Under the pieces are notes generated by a model. That model was given only the letters and a program-made list of their open reading frames with translations. It was not told the DNA's origin and searched no databases. Positions 17,380 to 27,267 of a stretch of DNA of 64,000 nt are shown piece after piece (positions within the stretch are counted from its first letter, which is position 1; each line of letters begins with the position of its first letter). A program made the translations under genes and the position numbers. Source of the DNA: a virus (Duplodnaviria; Caudoviricetes); the IMG/VR virus record IMGVR_UViG_3300023053_000001, positions 32,001-96,000 of that record, one strand, 5' to 3'.

Positions 17380-17718
17380 ATGCGTAAACAACCCGTCACT
17401 GTCGCTAACCGTCGCTTCGATTCCATGAAGGAAGCGGCACGGGTCAAAAAGCTCCACCCTGCAACGTTGCGTTACCGCTGCTATTCGGAAACCGAACGCA
17501 TGCGTCCGTTCAAGATCGTTCGCCCCAAAGTCAACCGTCCGAACAAACGGGGTAAGAACGTCGTGGTCATCGCAGGTGGCCGTCGCTTCAAATCCTTCGT
17601 AGGCGCTGCGTTCTACTACGGCGTCTCCGATTCCACCATCCGTGCTCGCTGTGCGAGCGATCGTTATACGTCCTACTACCTGTGGGATACCGTCCGTAAC
17701 TGTGAGGTCATTCTCTGA
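17380..17718 (+). CDS. Tandem NUMOD1-like HTH DNA-binding protein without nuclease domain (112 aa)
   Basis: Two repeats: RRFDSMKEAARVKKLHPATLRYRC and RRFKSFVGAAFYYGVSDSTIRARC. Confidence 0.65.
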   Translation: MRKQPVTVANRRFDSMKEAARVKKLHPATLRYRCYSETERMRPFKIVRPKVNRPNKRGKNVVVIAGGRRFKSFVGAAFYYGVSDSTIRARCASDRYTSYYLWDTVRNCEVIL

Positions 17719-18485
17719 TGAGCACCGAAAATCCCACCCGTATCGAAACCCTGATCGCCGATCTGCTCAAGCTGGCCGATTTCCTCAACAACATCCATCC
17801 TGACGATCTGATGGCTGACATCCTCAGCCTGCACGGCTTGGGCCCCAACAGCCTGTTCCCGCCCAATGGCTTGACCAACATCAAGCTCACCCGTGCTGAC
17901 ATCCTGGAACACCTGATGAAGCACTATCCGGAATACTACGGACCGCTGCCGTCGCATCTGTACGAAATCAACTCCAAGGCCATGCAGGCGCTGAAGGAGC
18001 AGATGGTGGCTCACACCAAACATTACCATCCGAAAGGTCAGCCGTACAGCAAGACCAGCGCCGGCGGGTTCTACAGTGCCGGCTACAGTGAGAACGGAGA
18101 TCAGTTCGACCTGCCGATGGAAGTGTTCCGTGTGAAGTCTGAGGATGTCATTGCATATCTGGCCGATTGGCTCATGTGTAATGGCGGTCACTCGAAGTTC
18201 CAGTTCAACCTCGCGCAGGCACAGCGTCATGAGGAGCTGATCAACGTCATGGGTAATGACCCGACGGGTGATGACGTAGCGTTTGCCCGTACCGGCAACC
18301 TGTACGTGGCCGATGTCAGTGGTCGTCAGTCGTGGCTGTACAAGACCTCCTTCTTCATGCATACCCACATCGGTCGGCGTCAGCAGGATACGGCCCAGAT
18401 GATCGAAGACCTCCATGAGTTCTACGATCAGGTCTTTGCCGAACGCGGTCTGAAGATGCGCATCATCTACATCGAGGACTTGTAA
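17718..18485 (+). CDS. Hypothetical protein (255 aa)
   Basis: TGATG coupling. Confidence 0.8.
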   Translation: MSTENPTRIETLIADLLKLADFLNNIHPDDLMADILSLHGLGPNSLFPPNGLTNIKLTRADILEHLMKHYPEYYGPLPSHLYEINSKAMQALKEQMVAHTKHYHPKGQPYSKTSAGGFYSAGYSENGDQFDLPMEVFRVKSEDVIAYLADWLMCNGGHSKFQFNLAQAQRHEELINVMGNDPTGDDVAFARTGNLYVADVSGRQSWLYKTSFFMHTHIGRRQQDTAQMIEDLHEFYDQVFAERGLKMRIIYIEDL

Positions 18486-18566
18486 TGCCCAGCCCCCTCC
18501 CGTTATGGGAGGGGGCTTTAGGCCGTCTTTTCATTTGGTTAAAAATTCACCAGCTCGTAACATCGT

Positions 18567-19490
18567 TTGACTTATTGCGAAATGGCCGCCATGTTCGAAG
18601 ACCCGCAGCACCTTACGGCTTTCATCCCGCCCGTCAACTCCAAGTTGATGATGATCGACTTTACTCCTGCTGCGCGTTCGAGCGATGCCCGCGACCTGAC
18701 CAAGATCCTCAAGGCTTTCCCCATCGGCGCCGGCTCCGATCAAATCGGGTATGTCGAAGCGAAGTTCATGGGACAGCTGGTGGTTTTCCCGATCCTGTGT
18801 TTCGCCCACGATCACTCGGTGGACTTCAAGCGCGTAGTGAATGCGCTGGAACGTACCCTGAAGCGTCGCCAGATGGTACTGGTCGAACTGATCCTGTTGG
18901 GTCGCAACGATCGTGCTTACGGTGAATACATGGCCGAGCAGATCCTGACCAACGTTGCGGTACTGGAGTCCAATCTTCCTGCTGCCATGCTGAATCAGGC
19001 ATATCTGGCCATGAGCGCGGAATGGAAACGTTACGCCCGCGAAGCTGAGGAGTTGCCGGAACGTGGACCGTTCAGCGCCGAGTATCTCAACATGCTCGAG
19101 CAACGTTTGCGCGATACCAGCTATGAGAGCAGTGTCGTGCAATACGCCTATCAGGCCCAGTCGAAACTTCAGAACGCCGTGCGCGATGAGTTCCGGTTCG
19201 TCAAGATGGATTACAACGACCTGATGAACCGATACGCGGTGCCCGCTGAGGACCCTGCGGCCGATCTGGTTCGCGCTGCGTTCAAGAAACTCGAAGACGT
19301 TGCCATGGAGCATCCGTATAGCGGACATCCTACGGGAGCGTTGATTGCCCACCTCCTGCATGAGATGGTCAGTTTCGCACCCATTGCCAAGGTCAAGATG
19401 CGCGAACGTTACAAGGCGCGCGTTGCCGCGCTCAGTCGCTGGCAGCGCCTGCTCCACCATCTCCACATCCGAAGGATCGACGTGCGATGA
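18567..19490 (+). CDS. Hypothetical protein (about 305 aa)
   Basis: Long ORF; start 18567 (TTG) or 18582 (ATG). Confidence 0.75.
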   Translation: MTYCEMAAMFEDPQHLTAFIPPVNSKLMMIDFTPAARSSDARDLTKILKAFPIGAGSDQIGYVEAKFMGQLVVFPILCFAHDHSVDFKRVVNALERTLKRRQMVLVELILLGRNDRAYGEYMAEQILTNVAVLESNLPAAMLNQAYLAMSAEWKRYAREAEELPERGPFSAEYLNMLEQRLRDTSYESSVVQYAYQAQSKLQNAVRDEFRFVKMDYNDLMNRYAVPAEDPAADLVRAAFKKLEDVAMEHPYSGHPTGALIAHLLHEMVSFAPIAKVKMRERYKARVAALSRWQRLLHHLHIRRIDVR

Positions 19491-19633
19491 CTCAGCTTCC
19501 TCCAGGCGGTGCACTGCGCACGCGCCCTTATCCCAATCAGCCGGGGAATCCCGGTCAGCCCCCGATGCCGAAACAACCCCGCGATCGAATCGTGGTGCTG
19601 GTCTCGGATGTCGACAACACACCCGAGAAGACC

Positions 19634-20221
19634 ATGACCACCAAGATTGCCAAGACCCCCGCCAAGCAGGGTTCGAAAGTTGCCAAGAAGATCGCCGCCA
19701 AGACCGCTGCGAAGAAGGCTGCCGCCAAGAAGACCGTGCTGAAGGCACCGGCCGCTGCCCAGCGCAAGAAGCTCAACACCGCCCTCGACGCCCAGGGCCC
19801 GAGTACCCTGACCGTGGACGTGTACAAGGGCAAGGCCAAGCCGGCCACCGGCGGCATCATCAACAAGCTCAGCGCCGGCCTGCAGAAGCTCGGTGAAGAG
19901 AACGCTACCGCCAAGACCGGCCGTGGCCTGACCGCTCCGGTTATCCACATCGACGCGGCGGCGTTCCTCCCGGCCAAGCCGAAGGCGCTGGTCTCCAAGC
20001 ACGTCCAGATCGACTTCAGCAAGGGCAAGCAGCTGGTTGGTCGTACGCTCGCCCAGGCCACCCGTGGTCTGAAGGCCTACGTGGTTGCCACCCACGCCGA
20101 GTCCAAGACCGACTACGTGTTCTCGTTCAACGCCCTGTCGACCAAGCCGGCCGTCGTCAAGGCGACGCTGCGCAAGGCGCTGGCCCAGCGCGGCTTCACC
20201 GTCAAGACCATCGCGGCCTGA
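19634..20221 (+). CDS. Lys/Ala-rich histone H1-like basic protein (195 aa)
   Basis: KTPAKQGSKVAKKIAAKTAAKKAAAKKTVLKAPAAAQRKK; SD gagaag. Confidence 0.7.
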   Translation: MTTKIAKTPAKQGSKVAKKIAAKTAAKKAAAKKTVLKAPAAAQRKKLNTALDAQGPSTLTVDVYKGKAKPATGGIINKLSAGLQKLGEENATAKTGRGLTAPVIHIDAAAFLPAKPKALVSKHVQIDFSKGKQLVGRTLAQATRGLKAYVVATHAESKTDYVFSFNALSTKPAVVKATLRKALAQRGFTVKTIAA

Positions 20222-20240
20222 CGTCCAACGTTCCAGGGGG

Positions 20241-20277
20241 AGCTTGTCGGGGGACTTCGGTCCCCCGGCAGGCTTTT
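20241..20277 (+). terminator. Intrinsic terminator
   Basis: agcttgtcgggggac-ttcg-gtcccccggcaggct-ttt. Confidence 0.85.
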
Positions 20278-20285
20278 ATGCCGCG

Positions 20286-20311
20286 TCATCGTAAACATTT
20301 ACAAACCTACA
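20286..20311 (+). promoter_or_regulatory. 26-bp motif, copy 1 (putative promoter)
   Basis: tcatcgtaaacatttacaaacctaca; 25/26 identical to 40777-40802. Confidence 0.6.
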
Positions 20312-20392
20312 TTATCCAATGGCTAGTACCCACCAGCCCTCTCCGCGATTTTAGGCGGGCTAGTCCATTTATGTTCAGATGAGAAACCAATC

Positions 20393-20923
20393 ATGTCCGA
20401 TGACGCACCCCGCAAGCTCACCTCGATCGATCGTCATTTCATTCCGGCCTACCATGCGTGGTTGGTCGAGAACGGCTTCACTCCCGATGTCCTGATCTTC
20501 GCCGACCATCCCGGCGTAATCATCCCGCCGAACCTGACGTTGGCCGACGCCACCCCGGTGTTCGACCCGGAGTTTGGCATGGTCCAGATCCCGCTGCGTT
20601 CGATCGTGCTCAACATGTCTCCGAAGGCGTGCTCGGGTCTGAGATTTACCGATGAGGCGATCTACTTCGCTGCCCGCTTCGGCGGCAAGCGTCATCAGGT
20701 CGTCATTCCGTACTCGGCAGTTATCTGCCTCAACGCGCGCGAAGACCAGTGGAACATCTACCACTTGCTGCCGCGCAAGGTGCTGACGATCGAGAACGCC
20801 CAGATGTCGCTACTGCCGGAAGATGTCGTCTACGGCTTGATCGACTTGGCCCCGGTCGCCCCCAGCAGTGAACCGCCCCGGCCGGTCAAGCGTGAGCGTC
20901 CCCAACTGTCTATCGTGAAGTAG
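20393..20923 (+). CDS. sspB: Stringent starvation protein B (ClpXP adaptor)
   Basis: AYHAWLVENGFTP, IVLNMSPKAC, AARFGGK..V.IP..AV..L.ARE and C-terminal RPQLSIVK tail. Confidence 0.85.
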   Translation: MSDDAPRKLTSIDRHFIPAYHAWLVENGFTPDVLIFADHPGVIIPPNLTLADATPVFDPEFGMVQIPLRSIVLNMSPKACSGLRFTDEAIYFAARFGGKRHQVVIPYSAVICLNAREDQWNIYHLLPRKVLTIENAQMSLLPEDVVYGLIDLAPVAPSSEPPRPVKRERPQLSIVK

Positions 20924-20931
20924 GAGTTGTC

Positions 20932-21720
20932 ATGAACAAGTTCGTGATTCGCGTCACCCGCTATCATGATGAAATGGTGGCGGTAGGCGGCAGTGAGATC
21001 TGCCCGGAAGTCTCCCATCGTGAGATCCTGTACATCGTGCAAGATGGTCCGCGAGCGTGGACTGCCCAGGGCGAGTGCAAACTCGATGTTGCCAGCAATC
21101 TCGACGAAGCGCTGATCTTGAATGAAAACAAGGCCAGTGAGATGTACCGTCGCATTCTCGATGATGGGCTGTACAGTCCGGGCCACGGTTCCATCGAACG
21201 CCTGCGACCGCTTACCCGTCGTTTGTTCGGCCTGGGACTGACCCACGGTACGATCAAGCCGCGCGTACGTGAAGTGTTGGTCGAGGTGGTCCCGCTCGTA
21301 CTGGGCATGGCTCGCACGACGGAGATGGCGGTCATCTCTGCCACGATGGAAGTGGACATCCACAACGGCGATCGTTTCTCAGCCACGCGCAGTGTGCGTG
21401 AGTCGGTGAGCGATGATCCGTTCACGATGACCAAGCAAGATGAGATTGGGCGACCGGCCCCGCTCACTGACCGGGCGGTGTGGTATCTGACCCACACCAG
21501 TCATTCGCTGACGATGGCGCGTGACATGGTGGGGCGCCACACCCTCAATGCCGTGGGCTTCGATCGCATCCATTCGATCATCCGCGACGCACAGCGCCTC
21601 CGTGACGAACATATCCGCAAGCTGAGCGTCGATAACCCCACCCAGAACACCCCACTGTTCATTTCCAAACTGACTGGCGTTGAGCTGTCGGTTGTGGAAG
21701 CTGCCCTCAAGGAATCCTGA
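20932..21720 (+). CDS. Hypothetical protein (262 aa)
   Basis: SD aggag. Confidence 0.8.
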   Translation: MNKFVIRVTRYHDEMVAVGGSEICPEVSHREILYIVQDGPRAWTAQGECKLDVASNLDEALILNENKASEMYRRILDDGLYSPGHGSIERLRPLTRRLFGLGLTHGTIKPRVREVLVEVVPLVLGMARTTEMAVISATMEVDIHNGDRFSATRSVRESVSDDPFTMTKQDEIGRPAPLTDRAVWYLTHTSHSLTMARDMVGRHTLNAVGFDRIHSIIRDAQRLRDEHIRKLSVDNPTQNTPLFISKLTGVELSVVEAALKES

Positions 21721-22484
21721 TGTCCCTCCTGTCTGACAAATCCATCCACAAGCGCTGCGTCGTTCCCAATCGCATCTTCGATCAGGCTTACTTCGATGTC
21801 CTGGTCGCCAGCCAGAACGGTAAGGGTTGGCCGATGACTGATGTGGCGATCAGCGACCTGCGCGCCGAACTGCGTCGGCAGGCCACACGTGAACCCACGG
21901 CCGAAGAGCAGCGTGACTTCAAGCCGATGATCGCACCGTATCACCCGCGCCTGCTGCGCGAAGTGCCGGTCGGTCCGGATGGCCGCATGTTGAAGATCAT
22001 CTCCAAGGGCCAGTCGTCGTATGGTTACGACGTCACCCTCTCCCCGGAACTGCGCCTGTTCACCAACACCTTCTCCAAGATCATCAACCCGAAGAAGGTG
22101 GATGTGGAGAAGTGCACCGTTCCGATGGAACTCCATCACGATGAGGAGTTCGGCGACTACGTCATCATGCCGCCCAATTCCTACGCGCTGGGCCGGACGG
22201 TGGAATACTTCCACATGCCGCGCAACCTGACGGTGGTGTGCCTGGGTAAGTCCACCTACGCTCGCGTGGGCGTGGCGGTGAACGTTACTCCGATCGAAGC
22301 CGGCTGGCACGGTAACGTGGTGCTGGAGTTCTCCAACAACACCAACTCGCCGGTCATGCTCTTCGTCCGTGAGGGCGTGGCTCAGTTCCTGTTCTTCGAA
22401 GGTGATGAGGACTGCGAAGTCAGTTACGATGACCGTGGTGGCAAGTACCAGGGTCAGACCGGCATCACCCACGCGAAGGTGTAA
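21720..22484 (+). CDS. dcd: dCTP deaminase with N-terminal insertion
   Basis: ISKGQSSYGYDV, MPPNSYALGRTVEYF, CLGKSTYARVG, TPIEAGWHG, YDDRGGKYQGQ. Confidence 0.95.
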   Translation: MSLLSDKSIHKRCVVPNRIFDQAYFDVLVASQNGKGWPMTDVAISDLRAELRRQATREPTAEEQRDFKPMIAPYHPRLLREVPVGPDGRMLKIISKGQSSYGYDVTLSPELRLFTNTFSKIINPKKVDVEKCTVPMELHHDEEFGDYVIMPPNSYALGRTVEYFHMPRNLTVVCLGKSTYARVGVAVNVTPIEAGWHGNVVLEFSNNTNSPVMLFVREGVAQFLFFEGDEDCEVSYDDRGGKYQGQTGITHAKV

Positions 22485-22486
22485 TC

Positions 22487-22993
22487 ATGAACTACTTTGG
22501 TAAGCGTACGATCGAACCCCAGTCCCATAGCGTCAAAGATCGCCATATGTGCGGGGATGAAATCATCTTCACCCATGTGGCTCCTGTTGAGGTGGGGCAA
22601 GATCAAACGCTATTGAACGTCAATGGGGACGGTGACCAGGAGTTGTACGATCGTGGCCTGTTCATGATGACCGACCACTTGGACATTCGTGCCATCACCC
22701 ACATTCTCGATGTGGATGATGTCTTGCACACGGTGTCGATCGGTAGCTCCTTCAATCGCAACCAGCGACTCGCTCACCTGGCTGCACGCCTCCGGTCGGA
22801 GCATCAAATCCTGCGACTGGACGTGATGGTCGAAACATCGACTGGCCATGTCACCAGTACGGGTAATGATCGCGTCAAGGGTTTCATTCTGGGCGGCAGT
22901 CGTGGGTTCAACTGCAACATCCCCAATCTGAATGTCAGTGACCTTCCGCGCGGTAAGGGCAAGCGCGGCAGTAGGCCCAAGGTGCGGGTATGA
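22487..22993 (+). CDS. Hypothetical protein (168 aa), basic C-terminus
   Basis: Adjacent to dcd. Confidence 0.7.
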   Translation: MNYFGKRTIEPQSHSVKDRHMCGDEIIFTHVAPVEVGQDQTLLNVNGDGDQELYDRGLFMMTDHLDIRAITHILDVDDVLHTVSIGSSFNRNQRLAHLAARLRSEHQILRLDVMVETSTGHVTSTGNDRVKGFILGGSRGFNCNIPNLNVSDLPRGKGKRGSRPKVRV

Positions 22994-23166
22994 CTGCGGC
23001 GAGCAAGGTCATCATCCACAGCCTGATTGGCGGAGTCGTCGCGTTTGTCCTCCTGCTTATCGTCGTGTTCGCTACCGGTTCTACTTTCGGCCAGCGCTGC
23101 GCCAAGATCCATTCTGAAAAGGGTGAGGCTTGGCAGCAGTGCATCAAAGACCTCCAAAGGGGTTAA
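22990..23166 (+). CDS. Small membrane protein (58 aa; below ORF-track cutoff)
   Basis: MTAASKVIIHSLIGGVVAFVLLLIVVFATG...; ATGA overlap upstream, TAA-C-ATG downstream. Confidence 0.6.
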   Translation: MTAASKVIIHSLIGGVVAFVLLLIVVFATGSTFGQRCAKIHSEKGEAWQQCIKDLQRG

Positions 23167-23167
23167 C

Positions 23168-23464
23168 ATGTCCAACGATCAATTCCAAATCCCTGCGCGG
23201 GCAGATATGCGCATCAGTCTCCGTACGCATGAGCGTGCTGAGATGCCTCCGGGTTGGAGGGCGCCGCACACACGCGTGCAGGCGATGCTCAACATCTTCC
23301 ACCAGCGGAAATGGATGTTGGGAATCCGTCGTCGTAACAGCAACGCTGCTATCGAGGGACTGCAGAGGTATGTCGACCTGATGGTCGTCCAAGGGATGTT
23401 CAGTCCGCCGGTGTCTCGCTGGCGCCGTTGGACTCGCCCGTTCCGTCGTCTGAAGGCAGCCTGA
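23168..23464 (+). CDS. Hypothetical protein (98 aa)
   Basis: Coupled start. Confidence 0.6.
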   Translation: MSNDQFQIPARADMRISLRTHERAEMPPGWRAPHTRVQAMLNIFHQRKWMLGIRRRNSNAAIEGLQRYVDLMVVQGMFSPPVSRWRRWTRPFRRLKAA

Positions 23465-23487
23465 CATGTCCGCACAAAGGAGTTGAA

Positions 23488-23871
23488 ATGCCCTGTTATT
23501 CTGGGCCGGAAATGCCCGATGTAAATGCCAGCATCAATGCACAGGGGGCTAAAATCCTCTGCGCGCTGGCGCGCAATCTGTACGAGACCAAACAGTTGGA
23601 TGGCAACCCCGCACTTCGCGCGTGGTTCATGGCACATCTGGCCTCCGACATCTACGGTGCTCGTTACGTCCAAGGTCATGGGGAGCAGAAGGCGAAAGAC
23701 ATCGCCATCCTCGCAGATCTGATCGGTCCCAACCCACCGCTTTCGACGGAGTACCACGCCGGCATGAAGAATGGCTACATGGCCATTTTGATAGTTACTC
23801 CGTCCAATGGTCCGGAACCGTTGCTGGTGGATGTGGAATACCGCGAAGTCACCTCAGGGAGGAAGCGCTAA
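23488..23871 (+). CDS. Hypothetical protein (127 aa)
   Basis: SD aaggag. Confidence 0.7.
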   Translation: MPCYSGPEMPDVNASINAQGAKILCALARNLYETKQLDGNPALRAWFMAHLASDIYGARYVQGHGEQKAKDIAILADLIGPNPPLSTEYHAGMKNGYMAILIVTPSNGPEPLLVDVEYREVTSGRKR

Positions 23872-24356
23872 TGGAGGTTTCCGAAATCCAACAGCTCAAG
23901 CACACCGCGTTGTTTACGGTACTGTCTCACCACTTCCTGAAGAAGGCAAACCCGGAACGTACGGGACCGACCTGCTTGGAAATCAACGATTTCCTCAAAG
24001 CGATCGGTGTGATGCGCCTGAGCGCTGAACTGGAACGAGAGATCCGACACGTGGTGGAAAAGACGTTGGAGCCGTGCGTTGATCGCATGTACTACGACGA
24101 TGTGCTGCGCGAGTACACGATCTACTTCAACGAGAAGATCGCAATCGAGTACCCGTTCGTCTTCCTCGGTACGCACGGGCACAAGATCCCTGAGCACATG
24201 CAGCGCGAGTTCAACATCAAATCTCCGTCCATCCCTGCGGAGCAATCGGCTCCTCGCCCGTTACCGCAACGTCCACCGCTGCAGTTTGAATGTGAGAGCT
24301 ACTCTGCCTCCCTTCCCTCGAAAGCATCATTGAGAGCGGAAGGTCTAGTAAGGTGA
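23871..24356 (+). CDS. Hypothetical protein (161 aa)
   Basis: TAATG coupling. Confidence 0.7.
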   Translation: MEVSEIQQLKHTALFTVLSHHFLKKANPERTGPTCLEINDFLKAIGVMRLSAELEREIRHVVEKTLEPCVDRMYYDDVLREYTIYFNEKIAIEYPFVFLGTHGHKIPEHMQREFNIKSPSIPAEQSAPRPLPQRPPLQFECESYSASLPSKASLRAEGLVR

Positions 24357-24414
24357 ATCAGTACGTATCCCCGACTGCTTAACGCAGTCGGGGTATGTCC
24401 GTCAGGAGAACATC

Positions 24415-24678
24415 ATGCAAGAGAAAATGAAGTTGCGCCAGCACCGCGGTTCGCTGGCCGAATCACTGGCTACGGAGGTGGAGATCTACAACACTCTCTA
24501 CGCACTCCACATCCACGTGGCCCGTGACCTGAAGCAGTTCGGTGTGGTGGTCCAACCCGAACAGATCAAAGTGAGCTTCTATGTTCACGATCCCCGAATT
24601 CATTGTGACACCTACTTGGTCGAAGTCGAAGGCTACGGCGTGTATGGGTTCACCAACAAACCACTGCGAGAAGAATGA
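24415..24678 (+). CDS. Hypothetical protein (87 aa)
   Basis: SD aggag. Confidence 0.7.
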   Translation: MQEKMKLRQHRGSLAESLATEVEIYNTLYALHIHVARDLKQFGVVVQPEQIKVSFYVHDPRIHCDTYLVEVEGYGVYGFTNKPLREE

Positions 24679-24679
24679 C

Positions 24680-25609
24680 ATGAAAAAGTACATCAGCTAC
24701 TCCCTGCCCCTCACCCGCGAACAAGCGCAGGAAGTGATCGATGAACGTTCCAATGGCGGTTGGATCGAAGACACTGACGGTAAGCTCAGTCCCAATGGGG
24801 AATGGTGCTTGGCCGAGTTGGAAGCTTTCGTCATCCGGCGCCGTTATGACGAAGAGCAGAAGTTCACCTACCATACCCTGCCCGCGGGTAAGGAGGAGCA
24901 GGAACCGTTGTTCGGGTATACGCGCCAGTTGGCCGCAGACTGTGTCGCTGAGTTCCTGAAGGAAGAGCGCAAAGATCAGCCGCGGTTGGACGGTGTCTGC
25001 GCGAGCAAGAGTGGCCGTGCGTGGATCGACGGTTACTGGCACATCTCCCAACTGGAGTCGCTGTGCGCCCACCTGCGCTTCATCGCAGGTGACGGCGCTG
25101 ACGGCGCACTGGAAACCATTGCACTGTGGCAATTCTGGAAGGTGCGTGATTTCTTCCCGGAACCGCAGAGCGAGGAAGATGTCACGTGGCTGGATGCATT
25201 CCATCCGCTCATTCTCAAGATGCTCGCCGCCGGCATCAATCCGGATGCGTTCCCGCGCGTTTGGACGGCATTCCTGGAACATCAGCGCAAAGGCTGGAAG
25301 CTCCCCCGCATCGTCAGCGCCGCCAACGAGATCATCTACCGCGATCAGACCGGTCATGTGCGGAAGCTTGTAGTGGCCGGGGCCCGTCACTGCGACCAGA
25401 TCATGGGCGGTGTCACCGTGGCGTTGGAAGCACGTCATGGCACCTTGCCCGGCAGTCAGGTCTACGTCGATGAGGGGCAGGGCTTCATCGACAACTTCGG
25501 CAATTACTGGACGCGCTACGAGGCGTGGACCATTGCCGAGTTCCATGGACAGATCACCGAACGCATGGGTTGGTTGACCGGCCGTCTCCATTCCGAAAAC
25601 CTGTACTGA
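24680..25609 (+). CDS. Multi-module phage hypothetical protein (309 aa)
   Basis: C-terminal IVSAA...GARH...QGFIDNFG.Y.TR.EA..IA...GQI...LHSENLY module, recalled from other phage proteins. Confidence 0.75.
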   Translation: MKKYISYSLPLTREQAQEVIDERSNGGWIEDTDGKLSPNGEWCLAELEAFVIRRRYDEEQKFTYHTLPAGKEEQEPLFGYTRQLAADCVAEFLKEERKDQPRLDGVCASKSGRAWIDGYWHISQLESLCAHLRFIAGDGADGALETIALWQFWKVRDFFPEPQSEEDVTWLDAFHPLILKMLAAGINPDAFPRVWTAFLEHQRKGWKLPRIVSAANEIIYRDQTGHVRKLVVAGARHCDQIMGGVTVALEARHGTLPGSQVYVDEGQGFIDNFGNYWTRYEAWTIAEFHGQITERMGWLTGRLHSENLY

Positions 25610-25618
25610 GGTAGAGTT

Positions 25619-25981
25619 ATGCGTATCGTAAAAATGAAAGAATTCCTGCAGCTGCCCGAGGGCACTATCTTCTCGTTCTTCATGCACCATCACAGTACGG
25701 GACTTTACCGTTTCTGTGGCGCGTGCGGCGAGAACGACTTCAACTACGCTTCAGTGATCGGTACCGAGGATCTTGAAGCGGTCAGTTCCGAAGAGCATTT
25801 CGACGCCATCGGAAAGGCCAAGGAAGATTCCAGCATCGAACTGCCGATGTCCGGCGCCACTAACACTGAGCGTCGCGGGACTCGCGACAAGTACATCAGT
25901 GATACCGACCGGTTCTTGGTGTATAGCGATGAAGATGTGCGCGGCATGGTGCAGGCACTGCAGCATTCCTTCGTGATGTAA
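25619..25981 (+). CDS. Hypothetical protein (120 aa)
   Basis: SD gaggt. Confidence 0.7.
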   Translation: MRIVKMKEFLQLPEGTIFSFFMHHHSTGLYRFCGACGENDFNYASVIGTEDLEAVSSEEHFDAIGKAKEDSSIELPMSGATNTERRGTRDKYISDTDRFLVYSDEDVRGMVQALQHSFVM

Positions 25982-25994
25982 AATCGGAGGTAAT

Positions 25995-26645
25995 ATGCGG
26001 ATTACCCTGATTCGACATGGTGAGTCCATGGCGAACATCAAGCAACACGATTACAGCGCAGTGGGGGATCACATGGTCCCCCTGACCGAACGCGGCGTGT
26101 ATCAAGCACAGGTCGCCGGCAACATGCTCGGCGATGAACTGCAAGATGCACTGGATGGAAAGACGCTGGTGTACTGCTCTCCGTATCTGCGCACCCGCCA
26201 GACGTTGGAGAACATGTTCATCGGCGCCTATCTCAAAGATCGTCCTACGATCTACGAAGATCCGCGACTGCGTGAAACCGATCACGGCTACGAAGGTGCG
26301 AGCGAACAAAAACCGCTGCGCGCCATCCACGGCTGGTTCTACTACCGCTATCGTGGCGGTGAGAGTCCGGCCGATTGCTCTGATCGTGTCAGTAACTACC
26401 TTGAAAGCATGATGCGCCAGCGTAAGCGTAAGGGCGCAGAGAACATCGTCATTGTGAGCCACGGGTTGACCATCCGTTGCTTCTTGATGCGGTTCATGCA
26501 TTTGAAGGTAGAGGAATTTGAGAAGTTGGCCAATCCGGACAACTGCGACATCATCACCATTGGCCTGAAAGAAACCATCGCCGATCCCACACATACCTGC
26601 GGGCGATGGGCAATGACAGGCATCAAAGAGCGCAAGCAGCGCTAA
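25995..26645 (+). CDS. Histidine phosphatase (phosphoglycerate mutase-like) family protein
   Basis: RHGE, SPYLRTRQT, LRE, GGES, SHG motifs. Confidence 0.9.
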   Translation: MRITLIRHGESMANIKQHDYSAVGDHMVPLTERGVYQAQVAGNMLGDELQDALDGKTLVYCSPYLRTRQTLENMFIGAYLKDRPTIYEDPRLRETDHGYEGASEQKPLRAIHGWFYYRYRGGESPADCSDRVSNYLESMMRQRKRKGAENIVIVSHGLTIRCFLMRFMHLKVEEFEKLANPDNCDIITIGLKETIADPTHTCGRWAMTGIKERKQR

Positions 26646-26652
26646 GGAAATC

Positions 26653-27267
26653 ATGAACGACATCGTCAAGCGTAAAGAAGACCTCGAACGCGCTGAGGGA
26701 CTGCGTCGCCTCAAGAGCGTGGACATGCCTGATGACGTGGCCGAGATGGTCTTCGAGCAGTTGCGCGCCTACCGGAATTTGATCTCCGTGCAGCAACCGG
26801 AACTGCGTTCGACCCAACCGGTGGACCTGACCGACATCGAGATCCTCGATTCGGCCTGGGCGTTCTCGGCTGAAGGTATCAACTACTTCCGTCTGGCCGT
26901 CAACGAAGCATTCGATCCGGACCAGTACGAGCGACTGGCGTGGATGGGCTTCGGATTCGAGCACGCTCTGGAACACAATCTCCGATTCACCCCGGAACAA
27001 GTTACCGCCACGGTTACCAAGTATTTCGATGCATGGATGCGCGAGCAGGGTGAGTTGCATGGCGTGCCGGAGGAAGAGTTCTCGGTCAACCTCGTCATGG
27101 GCTCGTTCTACTTCGCCTACCTGATGGCCCATTCCTGCGACGTCGGCATTTACCAGCGTGAGGCCGGTGGCCTGACGGTGTTCTTCAAGATCCTTCGCGG
27201 TTTGAAGGGAATCGACACAGTCCGCGTGGACTACTACCAAGATGCATGGGAGCATTACCAGAAATGA
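26653..27267 (+). CDS. Hypothetical protein (204 aa)
   Basis: SD aagga. Confidence 0.75.
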   Translation: MNDIVKRKEDLERAEGLRRLKSVDMPDDVAEMVFEQLRAYRNLISVQQPELRSTQPVDLTDIEILDSAWAFSAEGINYFRLAVNEAFDPDQYERLAWMGFGFEHALEHNLRFTPEQVTATVTKYFDAWMREQGELHGVPEEEFSVNLVMGSFYFAYLMAHSCDVGIYQREAGGLTVFFKILRGLKGIDTVRVDYYQDAWEHYQK

